From NCBI GenBank assembly GCA_944390265.1, contig CALXPK010000024.1, positions 11,183-75,182 of the forward strand: a DNA stretch of 64,000 bases. Direction: 5' to 3'. A program made the position numbers and the translations under genes. The notes under the pieces are model-generated. The model had not been told where the DNA came from and made no database searches. It was given only the letters and a program-made list of their open reading frames with translations. Of this stretch, positions 28,500-39,013 are shown piece by piece (position 1 is the first letter of the stretch; the number at the start of each line of letters is the position of its first letter). This stretch comes from an uncultured Alphaproteobacteria bacterium. GTDB taxonomy: Bacteria > Pseudomonadota > Alphaproteobacteria > RF32 > CAG-239.

Positions 28500-29111
28500 T
28501 TACAATTTTTTAGGCGGAACTGGCGTGAATTTTGCCGGTTCGGCGTGTTCAAAATTGAGGAAGCCCAAAGCAGTTAAGCAATAGCCAAACTGTTGGGTGA
28601 TGTTAATGTAATTGTGCCACATTTGAAATTCGGAGTGTTTTTCAACACCACGGAGGGACAATTCATGGTTTAAAGATTTTTTGAGCCACATTTCAGCGTG
28701 ACCTTGAGCGATTTCATCATCAATAAAGGTGTCAAAATATTCAACATATTCTGCGGCCCAACCGCCAATCAGTTCACCTTTTTTGTTTTTGCCCCAGCAA
28801 ATGCCCAAGCCGGTGGCAATGGCTTTGTAATCATCGCGGCTGGCGCCGTTGCCGGCCATAATCACTTCCAAAACCGCACCGTGGTGGAACTGTTTGACGA
28901 TTTTATCATCAAGCGGAACGATGTTGCCGTAAATTTCTTTGGGCAAAACTGAAGTGTAGGGAATGACGTTGAAGTTTTCAATGCGGGCTTGCATTAAAGC
29001 CGAATCATAGCAGAAGGTTTCAAATGGTTGCGGGGGAATGCCCTCATCTGCTTGGCCGGCACCGCCGGTGATGAAAGCCATGGTTGGGTAACGTACACCT
29101 TGAGTTGTCAT
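28500..29111 (-). CDS. pdaD: Pyruvoyl-dependent arginine decarboxylase (PdaD/AaxB family)
   Basis: RBS aaaggag 8 nt upstream of the ATG giving [33 protein letters not shown]...; about 203 aa. Confidence 0.8.
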   Translation of the reverse strand: MTTQGVRYPTMAFITGGAGQADEGIPPQPFETFCYDSALMQARIENFNVIPYTSVLPKEIYGNIVPLDDKIVKQFHHGAVLEVIMAGNGASRDDYKAIATGLGICWGKNKKGELIGGWAAEYVEYFDTFIDDEIAQGHAEMWLKKSLNHELSLRGVEKHSEFQMWHNYINITQQFGYCLTALGFLNFEHAEPAKFTPVPPKKL

Positions 29112-29291
29112 ATTTTTTTCTCCTTTTATTTTGTTAGACATAACAAACAACTGAGATGTAATCTTAAAAGTTGTATTTTCAACGGGTATAGGTATAAATA
29201 TTTTTTGTTTTTCACAGAGGAAAAAATAGAGCTATAAAATTTGGAAAAAAGAAACTATATATAAAGTAGTTATATTTTGAGGAGAACGGAT

Positions 29292-29687
29292 ATGAAAAAA
29301 CTTTTATCTCTTATGTTGGCTTTAACTTTGACGGCGGCTTGCTCATCGTCCGAAAATTCTTTCAAAGGCAAAGAATATAAAATGCAAGATGCTGCTAACA
29401 ACGCCGAGATTACTTTGGGTTTTGACGAGGCAGAAAATAATTATCACGGCCAAATCGTCAATAATTATTTCGGACAATATGAAGTTGATGGCAACAACAT
29501 TAAATTCGGCCCTGCCGGTGCAACCATGATGGCCGGACCGGAAAATTTGATGAAAGCCGAAAGCCAATATTTGCTGACTTTGCCGACCATTACCAGTTTT
29601 ACATTGGATGGCAAAAAACTTACCTTCAAAACCGCTGAAGGAAAAGAGTTGGTTTTTGAAGAAGTTGAAACAGCTCAAGAAAAATAG
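29292..29687 (+). CDS. META/HslJ-like lipoprotein
   Basis: RBS gaggag; lipobox LTAAC; NNIKFGP...MMAGPE pattern. Confidence 0.65.
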   Translation: MKKLLSLMLALTLTAACSSSENSFKGKEYKMQDAANNAEITLGFDEAENNYHGQIVNNYFGQYEVDGNNIKFGPAGATMMAGPENLMKAESQYLLTLPTITSFTLDGKKLTFKTAEGKELVFEEVETAQEK

Positions 29688-29695
29688 GCCCAAAT

Positions 29696-30028
29696 ATGCT
29701 GAAACTTTTGTCGGTCTTTTGCATTTTGTTTGCTTTTGAGGCGCAGGCGTTGGTTAATACCAGCACGCTTAAGGGAAAAATGCGGCAGTTGGATAAAATT
29801 TGCTGGGAAATCGGGCGGACGGCCTCTTTTCCGTCTATGTGCAAAAGCCCGACAAGGGTGGTCTATAAAAATGTGCTTTGCTGGGGGTGTCCGGAAGCCA
29901 CACGTTGTAATCCGGCTTGCAAAGGCGGCAAAGTTTGCATGAACCAAAAATGCGTTTGTCCGCCCAACCAACTTTTGTATGATTGCAACGGACGTTGTCT
30001 TCCGCCAACGGTGCCTTGTACAAAATAA
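29696..30028 (+). CDS. Small secreted cysteine-rich protein (110 aa, 12 Cys)
   Basis: Signal peptide MLKLLSVFCILFAFEAQA; CNPACKGGKVCMNQKCVCPPNQLLYDCNGRCLPPTVPC; locally GC-richer than its neighbours. Confidence 0.55.
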   Translation: MLKLLSVFCILFAFEAQALVNTSTLKGKMRQLDKICWEIGRTASFPSMCKSPTRVVYKNVLCWGCPEATRCNPACKGGKVCMNQKCVCPPNQLLYDCNGRCLPPTVPCTK

Positions 30029-30118
30029 AAAATAGTTGACAAAAGGTTAAAATGAGAATATGCCATTAGTCATCAAGTGAATTATTTTCTTTTTTATTAA
30101 CTATTAAATTATTAAGTT

Positions 30119-31297
30119 ATGGAAACAGTTGTATTGTCCAATGGAATGCGAGTTGCTGTAGCTCAGGTTAGAGCAAGTGTATGTACCGTATCGGTTACCG
30201 TAAATGTAGGGCATATTAATGAGCCTAAGTTAGGCATTGCCGCTCTTTATGAGAAAATGTTGTTAAAGAAAGTGCCGTTTGTACAGGCTATCTATGGCGG
30301 AACGATTACCTCTTTTTTAACGGATTGTCCTAAAGAGGAGCTTGCCGCAACTATGGAAAAAATGGCAAATTTAATCAAAACGCCGGAGTTGTCTGAGCTT
30401 TTGCTTGATGTTGCCAAAAAGGAGATTGTTGAGAGAACGCTGCAGTCGGCTGATATGCCTTCAAGACAATCTAAATTGGCTTATAAGCATACGGCTTTTT
30501 CTCAAAACAATGTTGTTTGGGATACGCAAAAATATATTGATTCCGTGAAGTCTATTTCGCTTGAAGATTTGAAATCTTTGCGGGAGAAATATTATACCGG
30601 TAAAAATTTGGTGCTTTGCGTGGCGGCTCAAAATCTGGATGCTTCGGAAATTGAGGCTTTGGCCAAAAAATATTTTGAAGATATTCCGGACGGGATTTTC
30701 CATAGAGTAAAACAGGAACTTTATACCGGTGGGTATACGCATATTCCGGCTGTGGTTGACTATCAGCGGGTTATATTCGGTTGGGATGTTACTTCTTTGT
30801 CCAATGTGGCCGAGGCTAATGTATTGATGTCGGCTTTGAACGGACGTTTGGAACATGCTTTTGCTTCAACCTCCTGCACGGCAGCCTTGAAAATTGCCGG
30901 ATATTTCGGTGGTATGCGGACATTGCGAATTTCGGTGGAGACGTTGTCTTCTCAGAAAAGTTTGAATGATATCATTCAAACCGTGGCCGCTATTGTGAAA
31001 AATTTGCAAACCGAGAAACTGGACAACAATGCTCTGGAATCGGCTCGCCAATGGGCTATGACCGAAAAACTGTTCAAATTTGCCTCGCCTAACGATGCTT
31101 CGGTTGAAGCGGCATGGCAAATTTTGGGTCGGGAACATATGTATAACATTGATGAAAGAATCATCGCAACATGGCGTGTTTCTGCGCGTGATGTGCAAGA
31201 GATTGCGCAAGAGATTTTCTCAACACCGTTAACTTATGTGACTTATACCAATCAGCCGCATTATTCTTATAATGAAGTTGTGGCCATGATGCATTGA
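30119..31297 (+). CDS. M16 (pitrilysin) family pseudo-peptidase with the HxxEH zinc site replaced by AxxEK
   Basis: GIAALYEKMLLKK aligns to the canonical GIAHFLEHMLFKG with both His ligands lost. Confidence 0.65.
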   Translation: METVVLSNGMRVAVAQVRASVCTVSVTVNVGHINEPKLGIAALYEKMLLKKVPFVQAIYGGTITSFLTDCPKEELAATMEKMANLIKTPELSELLLDVAKKEIVERTLQSADMPSRQSKLAYKHTAFSQNNVVWDTQKYIDSVKSISLEDLKSLREKYYTGKNLVLCVAAQNLDASEIEALAKKYFEDIPDGIFHRVKQELYTGGYTHIPAVVDYQRVIFGWDVTSLSNVAEANVLMSALNGRLEHAFASTSCTAALKIAGYFGGMRTLRISVETLSSQKSLNDIIQTVAAIVKNLQTEKLDNNALESARQWAMTEKLFKFASPNDASVEAAWQILGREHMYNIDERIIATWRVSARDVQEIAQEIFSTPLTYVTYTNQPHYSYNEVVAMMH

Positions 31298-31305
31298 TAA
31301 TTGCC

Positions 31306-31345
31306 ATCGAAAGGTCTGTATTTGTGAAAATACAGGCCTTTTTTG
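31306..31345 (+). terminator. Intrinsic terminator
   Basis: aggtctgtatt-tgtgaaa-atacaggcct followed by T6. Confidence 0.6.
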
Positions 31346-31374
31346 TTGACAAAAGTTACAGACTTTCCTATCAA
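31346..31374 (+). promoter_or_regulatory. Candidate sigma70 promoter for rnhB (TTGACA-N17-TATCAA)
   Basis: Hexamers and spacing read directly from the sequence. Confidence 0.35.
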
Positions 31375-31404
31375 AAAAGGGGATAAAACAAAGAGAGACA
31401 AAGG

Positions 31405-32025
31405 ATGCCGGATTTTTCTTTTGAAGATAAATATGCCGAGGAAGTGGTCGGTATTGATGAGGCAGGACGCGGGCCTTGGGCCGGACCGGTGGTGGCCGGT
31501 GCGGTGGTTTTTCATAACCGCAACGAAAGTGCCGAACTTTTGCAAGAGCTGAATGACTCGAAAAAACTTTCTGCCAAAAAGCGTGAAAAACTCTATGCCC
31601 TGTTGCAGGAAGAGCAGGCTAAGGGCAATGTTTCTATCGGGATTGGCGAAGCCAGTGCGCAAGAGATTGATGATTTGAACATTTTGCAAGCCACTTTTTT
31701 GGCGATGAAGCGGGCTTATCAAAATTTGGATGCAAAACCCAAACATGCCCTGATTGACGGCAACCAAAAGCCCAAAGATTTTCCTTGTGCCACGCAAACC
31801 ATTATCAAGGGCGATGCTTTGTCCATGTCGGTTTCGGCAGCCTCAATTGCGGCCAAAGTTTATCGTGACCATTTGATGCAAAATTTGGCACAAAAATATC
31901 CGTATTACGGTTTTGAAAAAAATGCCGGTTATGGCACAAAGCTGCATATTGACGGTTTGAAAGCGCACGGAATCTGCCCTGAGCATCGGAAATCTTATAA
32001 GCCGATACAAGAGTTGCTCAAATGA
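31405..32025 (+). CDS. rnhB: Ribonuclease HII
   Basis: VVGIDEAGRGPWAGPVVAGAVVF catalytic motif. Confidence 0.9.
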   Translation: MPDFSFEDKYAEEVVGIDEAGRGPWAGPVVAGAVVFHNRNESAELLQELNDSKKLSAKKREKLYALLQEEQAKGNVSIGIGEASAQEIDDLNILQATFLAMKRAYQNLDAKPKHALIDGNQKPKDFPCATQTIIKGDALSMSVSAASIAAKVYRDHLMQNLAQKYPYYGFEKNAGYGTKLHIDGLKAHGICPEHRKSYKPIQELLK

Positions 32026-32037
32026 GCCAAAATTGTT

Positions 32038-32072
32038 AACAAAAAGCATTCTTTGGAATGCTTTTTTTGTAT
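32038..32072 (+). terminator. Intrinsic terminator
   Basis: aaagcattc-tttg-gaatgcttt followed by T7. Confidence 0.6.
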
Positions 32073-32226
32073 TTTATTCTGAAAAAATTGTCTAAAAACG
32101 AAAAATACCATATTTTATCTACTTGATTTTACGTAGTTTTTAAAATATTTTTTAAAATTGTGCACTTTTTTTGTCAATGTTAATAATTTTATAACTAAAT
32201 TCGCCGATACTGTCTTCATCAGATAA

Positions 32227-33351
<1,125 letters not shown>

Positions 33352-33360
33352 TTTGAAAAA

Positions 33361-33392
33361 AAGTCGGGGTGTTGCCCCGATTTTTTTTACAA
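33361..33392 (+). terminator. Intrinsic terminator
   Basis: aagtcggggtg-ttg-ccccgatt followed by T8. Confidence 0.6.
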
Positions 33393-33481
33393 AAATCTTA
33401 AAAAAATGCTTGCTCTTGAAACAAAAATTGGACATTATGAAAGCAATAGTATTTTATAATTAACTAATGAATTGAAAATTA

Positions 33482-34591
33482 ATGCAAAAATGGCGAAAAA
33501 AACAAAATAATACAAAGCCATACAGCGATAGAAAAAATAGCCCGTCTTTTTTGGAACCCAAAAATTATGCGGCTATTGATTTGGGAACAAACTCTTGTCG
33601 ATTGGTGATTGCCACGCCGACGCCCAGTTCTTTCAGAATTGTGGAAACTTTCTCTCGAATCACTCGTTTGGGTGAGGGCATCATCAAAGATAACGAACTT
33701 TCCCGTCCGGCCATCAAACGCACCATCGGTGCTTTGAAAGTTTGTGCCGGTGTGTTGGCGGAATATGCGCCGATTTATAAAGGACGCTATGTGGCAACGG
33801 CAGCTTGCCGTAGGGCGGTGAACTGCAAAGAGTTTATTGATGCGGTCAAACGCGAAACCGGCTTGAATATTGAGATTATTTCTTCCAAGGAAGAATCTCG
33901 ACTGGCGGTTGTCGGCTGTATTCCGCTCTTAAACCGCAATATTAAACGTGCTTTGGTGTTTGATATCGGCGGCGGTTCTTCGGAAATTTCTTTGGCAAGG
34001 GTGACCAACAGCGGCAAAACTTTTATTGAAGGTTTTGTCTCTCTGCCCTATGGTGTGGTGACCATTTCCGAGGCTTTTCCGGCTCAAGAAATGACCGATT
34101 TGGCTTATGATACCATTATTGAACGCACGCATAAGATTTTGTCTGAATTTGAAGAAAAATATCAGATTACCGATGCCATTCGCAATCAAGAGATTCAGGT
34201 TATCGGAACTTCCGGCACGGTTACGGTTTTGGGTGCCGTTCACCTCAATTTGCCGCGTTATAATCGCTCCGCCGTGGATGGTTTGTCTATCAGCCGACAA
34301 GATATTGAACGCGCCATTGCCAAAATCAAACGCATGGGGGATGAGGGCCGGCGCAAACATGCTTGTATCGGTGCACAAAAGGCCGATTTGACTATGGCCG
34401 GTTGCGCCATTATTGAGGCACTTTGTTCTTTTTGGCCGATTGCCGAAATTACTGTTGCCGACAGAGGAATCAGAGAGGGAATTTTGCTTGATTTGATGCA
34501 TGCGCAAAATGCAAACCGCAAACCGATGAACAAGAAAAGACGTTATCCTTTTGCAAGAAAGGGAAGGAAGTATAATCATGAGCAGAAATAA
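33482..34591 (+). CDS. Ppx/GppA-family phosphatase (exopolyphosphatase / pppGpp phosphohydrolase)
   Basis: AAIDLGTNSCRLVIA; second phosphate motif VFDIGGGSSE. Confidence 0.85.
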   Translation: MQKWRKKQNNTKPYSDRKNSPSFLEPKNYAAIDLGTNSCRLVIATPTPSSFRIVETFSRITRLGEGIIKDNELSRPAIKRTIGALKVCAGVLAEYAPIYKGRYVATAACRRAVNCKEFIDAVKRETGLNIEIISSKEESRLAVVGCIPLLNRNIKRALVFDIGGGSSEISLARVTNSGKTFIEGFVSLPYGVVTISEAFPAQEMTDLAYDTIIERTHKILSEFEEKYQITDAIRNQEIQVIGTSGTVTVLGAVHLNLPRYNRSAVDGLSISRQDIERAIAKIKRMGDEGRRKHACIGAQKADLTMAGCAIIEALCSFWPIAEITVADRGIREGILLDLMHAQNANRKPMNKKRRYPFARKGRKYNHEQK

Positions 34592-35603
34592 GTGTTTTGC
34601 CGCTATTGATTTGGGAACAAACTCTTGCCGGTTGCTGATTGCCAATCAACACAAAAAATATTTGTTCAGCGAGGCTTATTCGGTCAAACTCGGCGAGGGT
34701 ATGTATGAACATATGAAATTTACGCCCGAAGCCATTGAGCGGGGTTTGGAGTGTTTTTATAAACTCAAACAGATTATGGACAGATTTCATATTGTCAAAA
34801 CGCGTGCCATTGCCACGGCCTCTTGCCGCATGGCCAAAAATGCGCAGGAGTTTATTGATAAAGTTTATCATGAATCGATGATAAAACTGGAAGTGATTGA
34901 CGGCTATGAAGAAGCACGCCTCAATTTGAAAGGTGCTTTGGAGCATGTGTGCGGCAAAACCGAATATGTGGTTTTGTATGATTTGGGCGGCGGTTCGACC
35001 GAAATCACTTTGGCTACCAATACCAAAGACCCAAAAATCATTCATACCATATCTATTCCGTGGGGGGCGCGCAATGCTTCCGAAGCCTTTGATTTGGTGG
35101 AATATGAGCCGGAAAAAGCGCAAAAACTGCATGATGAGATTGCCCGCTATGCCAACGACTTTGTCAAAGATTCTCATTTGAAAGAGATTAAGGACAAGGT
35201 TTGTTTTGTGGCCACATCCAGCACGCCGCTGCGCTATGTTTCCATGATTGAAAAATTTGGCAAATATGACCGCGATAAGGCGGACGGTCATGTTATTCAA
35301 TGCAAGGATATTGACGCGCAAATAGAAGGTGTTTATAAGCTCACCCGTGCACAGATGATGGAAAATTTGTATATCGGACAAAAACGCTCCTCTATTTTTA
35401 CGGCGGCCTGCGTCATTTTCAAAACCATTTATGATTGTTTGGGCGCCAAAGAAATTACCGCTTCGCTTAAAAGCGCCAAAGACGGCATTGTTTCTGAATT
35501 GATTGATGAATATTATAAAGAACATAATAGGGAAAATAATGGGCAAATTAACAAAATCAGCCAAAGAAATCCGCGGACGCCATCAATTGACCGTTCGCGT
35601 TAA
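34578..35603 (+). CDS. Ppx/GppA-family phosphatase, tandem paralog
   Basis: AAIDLGTNSCRLLIA; LYDLGGGSTE. Confidence 0.8.
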   Translation: MSRNKCFAAIDLGTNSCRLLIANQHKKYLFSEAYSVKLGEGMYEHMKFTPEAIERGLECFYKLKQIMDRFHIVKTRAIATASCRMAKNAQEFIDKVYHESMIKLEVIDGYEEARLNLKGALEHVCGKTEYVVLYDLGGGSTEITLATNTKDPKIIHTISIPWGARNASEAFDLVEYEPEKAQKLHDEIARYANDFVKDSHLKEIKDKVCFVATSSTPLRYVSMIEKFGKYDRDKADGHVIQCKDIDAQIEGVYKLTRAQMMENLYIGQKRSSIFTAACVIFKTIYDCLGAKEITASLKSAKDGIVSELIDEYYKEHNRENNGQINKISQRNPRTPSIDRSR

Positions 35604-36240
35604 AACGGCAAAATATCGAGATAAATCATCCAATCGTTGGCTGGCTCGTCAGCTCAATGACCCGTATGTGGCTGAATCTAAACGCTTGGGATATCGTTCT
35701 CGCGCGGCATTTAAGCTGATTCAGCTGGATGAAAAATTTCATTTTTTAGGCAAGGGAAAAACCATTGTCGATTTGGGTTGTGCCCCCGGTGGTTGGACCC
35801 AAGTTGCGGTGGAACGCAACAAAGGCACCGGTAAGGTTGTGGGTATAGATATTTTGGAAGCAGAACCGATTAAAGGCGCCACACTTATTTGTCAAGATTT
35901 TACCGAACCGGAAGCGGCAGACCGCTTGAAAGAGCTTTTGAACGGCGAGGCGGATATTGTGATGAGCGATATGGCGGCCAACACTACCGGACATCAGCAA
36001 ACCGACCATTTACGCACGATTGCTTTGGTGGAAATTGCTTATGACTTTGCCAAAGAAGTTCTGTCTGAAGGTGGTATTTTTATTGCCAAAGTGTTCAAAG
36101 GCGGGGCGGAATCAGGCTTGCTCAATGATATTAAAAAACGCTTCAAAAAAGTTTCTCATGCCAAGCCGGATGCCAGCCGTCAGGGATCGCCGGAGGAATA
36201 TTTGGTGGCTATCGGTTTCAAAAAAGATGTTGAGGAGTGA
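35539..36240 (+). CDS. rlmE: 23S rRNA 2'-O-ribose U2552 methyltransferase RlmE (FtsJ)
   Basis: RBS agggaaaa 6 nt upstream; SSNRWLARQLNDPYV; VVDLGCAPGGWTQV SAM motif. Confidence 0.9.
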   Translation: MGKLTKSAKEIRGRHQLTVRVKTAKYRDKSSNRWLARQLNDPYVAESKRLGYRSRAAFKLIQLDEKFHFLGKGKTIVDLGCAPGGWTQVAVERNKGTGKVVGIDILEAEPIKGATLICQDFTEPEAADRLKELLNGEADIVMSDMAANTTGHQQTDHLRTIALVEIAYDFAKEVLSEGGIFIAKVFKGGAESGLLNDIKKRFKKVSHAKPDASRQGSPEEYLVAIGFKKDVEE

Positions 36241-36246
36241 AAAATT

Positions 36247-36453
36247 ATGGTACATCGCGGGCAAATTTATAAGCACTATAAAGGCAACCTCTATTTGGTT
36301 TTGGAGGTGGCTACGCATACCGAAACCAAAGAAGAGTTGGTTATCTATTGCAATGTTAAAAACAAAGCCCAAATTTGGGCGCGTCCTTTGGTCATGTTTG
36401 AAGATACGCTTCCCAACGGCAAACCGCGTTTTGAGCTTTGGGAAGACAGATAG
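36247..36453 (+). CDS. DUF1653 family protein
   Basis: YKHYKGNLYLVLEVATHTETKEELVIY...WARPLVMF pattern. Confidence 0.65.
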   Translation: MVHRGQIYKHYKGNLYLVLEVATHTETKEELVIYCNVKNKAQIWARPLVMFEDTLPNGKPRFELWEDR

Positions 36454-36464
36454 GAGCTATCTCT

Positions 36465-37688
36465 ATGCAACAAGGGGCGCGCTATCAAGCCGTTTTGGAA
36501 CTTATCAGCGAGATTTTTAAAGACCTCAAGCCGGCGGATGGGATTATTGACGCTTACTTGAAAGCTCGTAAATATATCGGTTCCAAAGACCGTCGTTTTA
36601 TTACCGATACGGTCTGGACGATTATTCGCAATCGGATGAAGTTGGAATTTGACGCGCGCTCCAAAGAATATCGCAAAATTTTGCTGACCTATCTCAAGCA
36701 CAAAGGCGAAAATGTGGATGAAATTTTCAGCGGCTTGCAATATTGTCCGTCAGCTTTGACCGAAGAAGAAAAGGCTTGGCTGAAAGAAGACAATGACGAA
36801 GTTTATCCGCCCTTTGTCGAAGCAGAAACGCCGGAGTGGCTTTATAAAAAAGTGCAAGACGTGCGGTTGCTCAAATCTTTAAATGAGCCGGCAGAAGCTG
36901 ATTTTCGCATCAATGTCAAAAATCGGGATATGGTTTTAGAAAAACTCAAAGCCGAAGGGTTCGAGGTGGTGCCGACGCCTTATTCGCCTTACGGCATCCG
37001 CTCGCTCAAACGTATTCCCTTGGGCAACTGCATTGCCTATCAAGAAGGCGAGATTGAGGTTCAAGACGAGGCTTCGCAAATTGCGGCGATTTTATGTGAT
37101 GTGAAGCCCGAACATAAAATTATTGACTATTGTTGCGGGGCAGGCGGCAAAAGTTTGGCTATGGCCTATATGTTGCAAAACAAAGGTCATATTTTGGCGC
37201 ATGATATTGAAAAAAAGCGCTTAATGGCCATCAAACCCCGTATGGAACGCTTGCATATCAACAATATTGAGCTGCTTGATTTTGTGGCAACCTCGGATAA
37301 CAATTTTGACCGCTTTGTGGTGGATGCGCCATGCTCGGGAACCGGCACATGGCGGCGCGCTCCCGATGCCAAATTCCGCCTTAATCAAAACATGGTGGAC
37401 AAGCTCAACTGCATTCAGATTGACATTTTGCAAACCGCTTTTGAAAAGACTAAAGTTGGCGGACGAATCATCTATATCACTTGCTCGATTTTGAATGAGG
37501 AAAATGAGGAAATTATTGCCGCTTTTCTGCAAAACAACCCCAGCATGCAAACGGTGAACATGAAAAAACTTTGGGAGAGCAAAATTGAGGCGCCGTATCC
37601 GTATCATTCGGAAAAATATTTGCGACTTTCACCCTTGACCACCGGAACTGACGGATTTTTTATCTGCGTGATGGAAAAACTGGCTTAA
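36465..37688 (+). CDS. rsmB: 16S rRNA m5C methyltransferase of the RsmB/Sun family
   Basis: RBS aggag 7 nt upstream; DYCCGAGGKS SAM motif; catalytic DAPCSGTG...TCS. Confidence 0.85.
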   Translation: MQQGARYQAVLELISEIFKDLKPADGIIDAYLKARKYIGSKDRRFITDTVWTIIRNRMKLEFDARSKEYRKILLTYLKHKGENVDEIFSGLQYCPSALTEEEKAWLKEDNDEVYPPFVEAETPEWLYKKVQDVRLLKSLNEPAEADFRINVKNRDMVLEKLKAEGFEVVPTPYSPYGIRSLKRIPLGNCIAYQEGEIEVQDEASQIAAILCDVKPEHKIIDYCCGAGGKSLAMAYMLQNKGHILAHDIEKKRLMAIKPRMERLHINNIELLDFVATSDNNFDRFVVDAPCSGTGTWRRAPDAKFRLNQNMVDKLNCIQIDILQTAFEKTKVGGRIIYITCSILNEENEEIIAAFLQNNPSMQTVNMKKLWESKIEAPYPYHSEKYLRLSPLTTGTDGFFICVMEKLA

Positions 37689-38008
37689 TCTTTGTTTATC
37701 TCTTTGCCGTTTTGCTTGTAAATATAAGAAATGATTTCGGCCACGGCAGAAAAAGCCTCAATCGGAATTTCGCTATCAATATCCACGGCTTTCAAAATTT
37801 GCAACAAATCGGCATCTTTTCTGATTTCAATGCCTTCATCAATGGCAATTTGGATGATTTTTTGCGCCACATGACCTTGCCCTTTGGCCAAAACTTTCGG
37901 TGCGTTGTCTTTTTCCGGCTCATAACCCAAAGCAACAGCATAATCTGTGGACAAGCTGTTTTCTTGATTGCTATTTGTTAATCTTTCATTAATATCTTTT
38001 TCAGACAT
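37685..38008 (-). CDS. FlhB C-terminal-domain-like small protein (EscU/YscU family); the ORF can extend to 38068
   Basis: AVALGYEPEKDNAPKVLAKGQGHVAQKIIQIAIDEGIEI...IPIEAFSAVAEII matches the FlhB C-terminal fold pattern. Confidence 0.55.
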   Translation of the reverse strand: MSEKDINERLTNSNQENSLSTDYAVALGYEPEKDNAPKVLAKGQGHVAQKIIQIAIDEGIEIRKDADLLQILKAVDIDSEIPIEAFSAVAEIISYIYKQNGKEINKD

Positions 38009-38146
38009 GGGCTTTGCCTTTTTTGTGGTTTCTTGCTTGAGTATAAACTTTTGGGGAAAAGTTGGCAAGAACTTTATAATTAAGGCACGGTTTTTGCATT
38101 AGATTTTTGTATGGGAAACAAAATCTTCATGTTTGGGGAATGAAAA

Positions 38147-38572
38147 ATGGATTTAAATAATCTGCAAGTTGTTGATTTAATTAAGAAAAACATGCGTTAT
38201 CAAACAGCTAAAGAACGCGTGATTTCTGAGAATCTGGCCAACTCGACCACCCCGAATTATTTGGCCAAAGATGTGGCTTTGCCCGATTTTAAAAATGCGC
38301 TGGCTGCAGAACAGACGCCAAAACTGGAGATGGTGACCACCAATCCCAAACATTTGACCCATGATGATGCTGTGAAAAAATCTGCCGATGGCGAGTTTGT
38401 TGTCTATACGCCAAAGCCGACATCGCCGCTCACCATAGACGGCAACGGCGTGATTGTGGAAGACCAACTCAACCAAGCCAGCAAGGCCAGTGGCGAATAT
38501 AACCGCATGATTACCATTTATGGCAAATATATGGACATGCTCAAACTTGCCAATACAAAAATCAATGCGTGA
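38147..38572 (+). CDS. flgB: Flagellar basal-body rod protein FlgB
   Basis: ISENLANSTTPNY rod-protein motif. Confidence 0.85.
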   Translation: MDLNNLQVVDLIKKNMRYQTAKERVISENLANSTTPNYLAKDVALPDFKNALAAEQTPKLEMVTTNPKHLTHDDAVKKSADGEFVVYTPKPTSPLTIDGNGVIVEDQLNQASKASGEYNRMITIYGKYMDMLKLANTKINA

Positions 38573-38587
38573 CGGAGTTTTTAACTG

Positions 38588-38998
38588 ATGAGTGATTTGT
38601 CTGTAACATCTGATATTGCCGTTTCCGGTATGAAAGCACAAAGCGAGCGTTTGCGCATCATCTCCGAAAATATGGCTAATGCCGAATCGGTCGGCATCCG
38701 CCCTGGAGAGGAGCCGTATCGCCGTCAGGTTGTCACTTTCAAAAACTATGTTGATAAACAGACCGGTGCCGAAATGGTCAAGGTGGACAAGGTGGTTAAA
38801 GATCAATCGCCGTTTGTTAAAAAATATGCTCCCAATCATCCGGCGGCTGACGCTCAGGGCTATGTTTCCATGCCCAATGTCAACACCCTTGTCGAGATGA
38901 TGGATATGAAAGAAGCCCAACGCGCCTATGAAGCAAATCTTACCATGGTGCAAACCGCGCGTGACATGAATTCTAAGGTTTTGGATATTTTGAAATAA
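38588..38998 (+). CDS. flgC: Flagellar basal-body rod protein FlgC
   Basis: SGMKAQSERLRIISENMANAES; C-terminal EMMDMKEAQRAYEANL. Confidence 0.9.
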   Translation: MSDLSVTSDIAVSGMKAQSERLRIISENMANAESVGIRPGEEPYRRQVVTFKNYVDKQTGAEMVKVDKVVKDQSPFVKKYAPNHPAADAQGYVSMPNVNTLVEMMDMKEAQRAYEANLTMVQTARDMNSKVLDILK

Positions 38999-39013
38999 TA
39001 AGGAGTTATAATC

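Noticed and set aside
29730-30066. Overlapping small ORFs in other frames across the Cys-rich protein gene
   Set aside because: They are by-products of the locally GC-rich sequence; only the signal-peptide-bearing frame is plausible
38069-38146. sigma-54 (GG-N10-GC) promoter upstream of flgB
   Set aside because: TGGCAA is present, but the spacing to any GC does not fit the -24/-12 geometry
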